From Candidatus Saccharimonadota bacterium (lineage in GTDB: Bacteria; Patescibacteriota; Gracilibacteria; BD1-5; UBA6164), in contig OY782392.1 in assembly GCA_963677765.1 (NCBI GenBank), positions 150,001-182,000 of the forward strand: DNA of 32,000 nucleotides, in the 5' to 3' direction. Numbering within the stretch: the first letter of the stretch is position 1; each line of letters starts with the position of its first letter. Below, one piece after another: positions 29,848-32,000 of this stretch. The notes beneath the pieces were generated by a model. That model ran no database searches. It was given only the letters and a program-made list of their open reading frames with translations, and had not been told where the DNA came from. The translations under genes and the position numbers were made by a program.

Positions 29848-32000
29848 ATGAAAAAAATTATATTTTCTATCTTTTTATTCATAATTTTAGGTATTTCAAA
29901 TGCTCATGCAGCAAATAATTGAAACTGAAATTGAAATTGAGATACTTGAACATGAACTGTTGAAGAAACTGAAATTGTAAAAGTAATGTTTTTTGAACAA
30001 AATGCTGATTTATCAACATGAGAAAAAATAAATACAGAAGTAGTTGAATGAATAATTCAAGAAGATATATTTAATAACTTCATAAAAAAAAGTGTAAGTG
30101 TTTTTTTGTACTATAAAAAATGAGAAGAAGAAAAGCTTTTTAAGAGGGTTTTTGATGAAAACACTTCATGAGTAGTAACTATTAATGCTGTTATAAATGA
30201 AACAAAAACTATAACAAAACAAATAAAAGTTATTAGAATAAACAAACAAGCTCCTACTTGAGTATTAAAATATTCTCCTTCAAACAATACTTGGGTTAAT
30301 TCTTCAAAAACTGTAACTCTAGAATGAGCTGCTGCATGAGAAGACTGGTTAGTATGAAACTCTAAACCAAGTTATAAGTGTGAAGAACAAGGTTGATGTA
30401 TATGAACTTTGAGCATTCAAGACTCAGCTGGTAATGTTTTAGAGCTAGAATATAATATACAAAAAATAGATAAAATAAATCCTACTATACATGTAACTGC
30501 ATATCCTGAAATAGCTTCATGAAAACAAAAAATATGATATAGATGTGAAGATAATGGATGAAGTTGATGTAAAAATTGAACTGATGAAAAAATAGATTAT
30601 TTACCAACAGGTAGTTCAAAAATTTATTGTATAGAAGATAATGCTTGAAATTCTTCATGTCAAAAAGTAACAGCTGCAAATTCAGATAGAGATTATTCAG
30701 ATGATCATCTAGCTCATACAAATGATAAAAGAAAACTATTTTTAAAATGTATAGATAACTTTAGTTGATGTACTAGTCCTGATGTTATAGAATACAAATA
30801 CAAAAATATAGCTAGTACAAACCTAACTATAAAAGATAATGCTTGAAATTCATATACAAAAGTTTTTCAAATATCAAAAATAGATAAAGTAGATCCAACT
30901 GTAACAATAACTTCTCCAAATAGTTTTAAAGCTACTGATGATTCTAGAATAAATGTTAGTTTCAATGATAATGTTCCAGCAAGCCAAATAAATGATTATT
31001 CTGAAAGTTGAATAAAAGAAGCAAAATACAAATGGAATTCTAGTTGTAAATCATGAACCAATATAACTTGAACAAGTGTTATAAACTGAGAAAATATAAA
31101 CCATACAGTAGCATGAAATCATAAACTATATCTTTGTGCTATAGATAATGCTGGTAATATATGAGAAACTTCAAAAGATATAATTATATACCCTTGAGAC
31201 CTTGATTTATCTCAATCATCTGTATATGCTGATACTACAAATAATAAGTATGCAAATTTTAAAGATTATTACTTATATAATTTACAATTAAAAGACAAAT
31301 ATTGAAACCCAATATTTAACAAAGAAGCAACTGAAGTAAAACAAAAATGTGATGATTCTTCTTGTAAAACATTATTCTTGGATATGGTAGATACAACTCT
31401 AAAAGATGATGCATTAATAGAATATGATTTTGCAAACAAAACAAATACAAGTTGAATTCTAAATTTCAAAATTAAATCCTATACTCCATGAGTTTTCTCT
31501 GATAATTTTTATTTCAAACTAAGAGATTGGAATGATAGTTATGGTGATGTATGATTTCCAAAAGAATACTATTTAGAATCAAATGAAAATAGTTTTCTAA
31601 AACCTATTGAATGAAAAATAGAAATTTTAGAATGATGAAATATCCCAGAAATTTGAAAAGAACAAAAATATAAAATAAATTTAATAAATACTTGAAGTCT
31701 TACTAATTATAACTCTTGAGATTTAAAAGTAGAAAAAGATTCTATAATAAATCAAGTAGAATGACATTTCTGGAATGAGTTTAAGGAAGAAAAATGATAT
31801 TTTTGAAATGATTTATCTACAGATAATATTTGATTTGTATGAAAAATTGATGCAAATAAAAACATATTAAAATGACCTCAAATAAAAGCATATAATTTAG
31901 AAATAAAATATAATCTTTTTGGTCAAAATGTAAGATATTTATTAGATAATTTAGATTCTGGACAAAGCTGTGATTTAGAAACTCTTTGAGCAAAAATATT
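29848..32000 (+). CDS. Large secreted surface protein with tandem Ig-like DxAGN modules; 3' end outside the window (more than 717 codons)
   Basis: MKKIIFSIFLFIILGISNAHAANNgNgNgNgDTgTgTVEETE.... Four modules end in IQDSAGN, IEDNAgN, IKDNAgN and AIDNAGN, each followed by KIDK(I/V)(N/D)PT-type linkers. I read the frame continuously to 32000 with no TAA/TAG. Confidence 0.7.

Noticed and set aside
1-32000. Interpretation of the fragmented standard-code ORFs as a decaying genome full of pseudogenes or nonsense mutations
   Set aside because: The interruptions are exclusively TGA, they fall at conserved glycine positions, and TAA/TAG never interrupt the frames I read. This is a code reassignment, not decay.
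1-32000. TGA = Trp (table 4, Mollicutes-like), suggested by the extreme AT-richness
   Set aside because: TGG is still used where Trp is expected (HEW-g-H in RseP, WDF in the PKD motifs). TGA aligns with Gly in GxGxxG, DSGGFQ, WDFGDG, RxGDYR and with GGT in internal repeats.
1-32000. tRNA, rRNA, CRISPR arrays, transposases/integrases, prophage genes
   Set aside because: I found no GC-enriched structured segments, no repeat-spacer arrays and no recombinase-like translations in any frame. The TA pair alone is not evidence of a mobile element.

Overview
Very AT-rich bacterial window that only makes sense if UGA is read as glycine (translation table 25, the SR1/Absconditabacteria and Gracilibacteria code of the Candidate Phyla Radiation). 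The supplied standard-code ORF track is therefore fragmented, and several of its ORFs are antisense artefacts. I re-read both strands by eye with TAA/TAG as the only stops. This gives 26 tightly packed CDSs with no tRNA, rRNA, CRISPR or transposase. Housekeeping genes are rseP, an HD hydrolase, tgt, malic enzyme, gpsA and mgtE. A 1278-codon polytopic membrane protein is also present. An envelope-glycan locus holds ugd, two MOP-type flippases, an O-acetyltransferase, an FkbM methyltransferase, two stand-alone GT2 genes, one fused GT2 and a DUF2304-GT2 fusion. A RelE/Phd toxin-antitoxin pair follows. The accessory content is dominated by secreted or surface proteins. Three tandem signal-peptide, Cys-rich proteins include two paralogues with an ovomucoid-like Kazal reactive-site loop. 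There is an LTD + 3xPKD membrane-anchored protein. A final surface module ends in a >717-codon protein made of Ig-like DxAGN repeats. Most transcription units end in clear hairpin/T-tract terminators, and no start codon has a Shine-Dalgarno sequence. All coordinates and translations are manual readings; no database search was possible. In quoted peptides, lower-case g marks a TGA codon.
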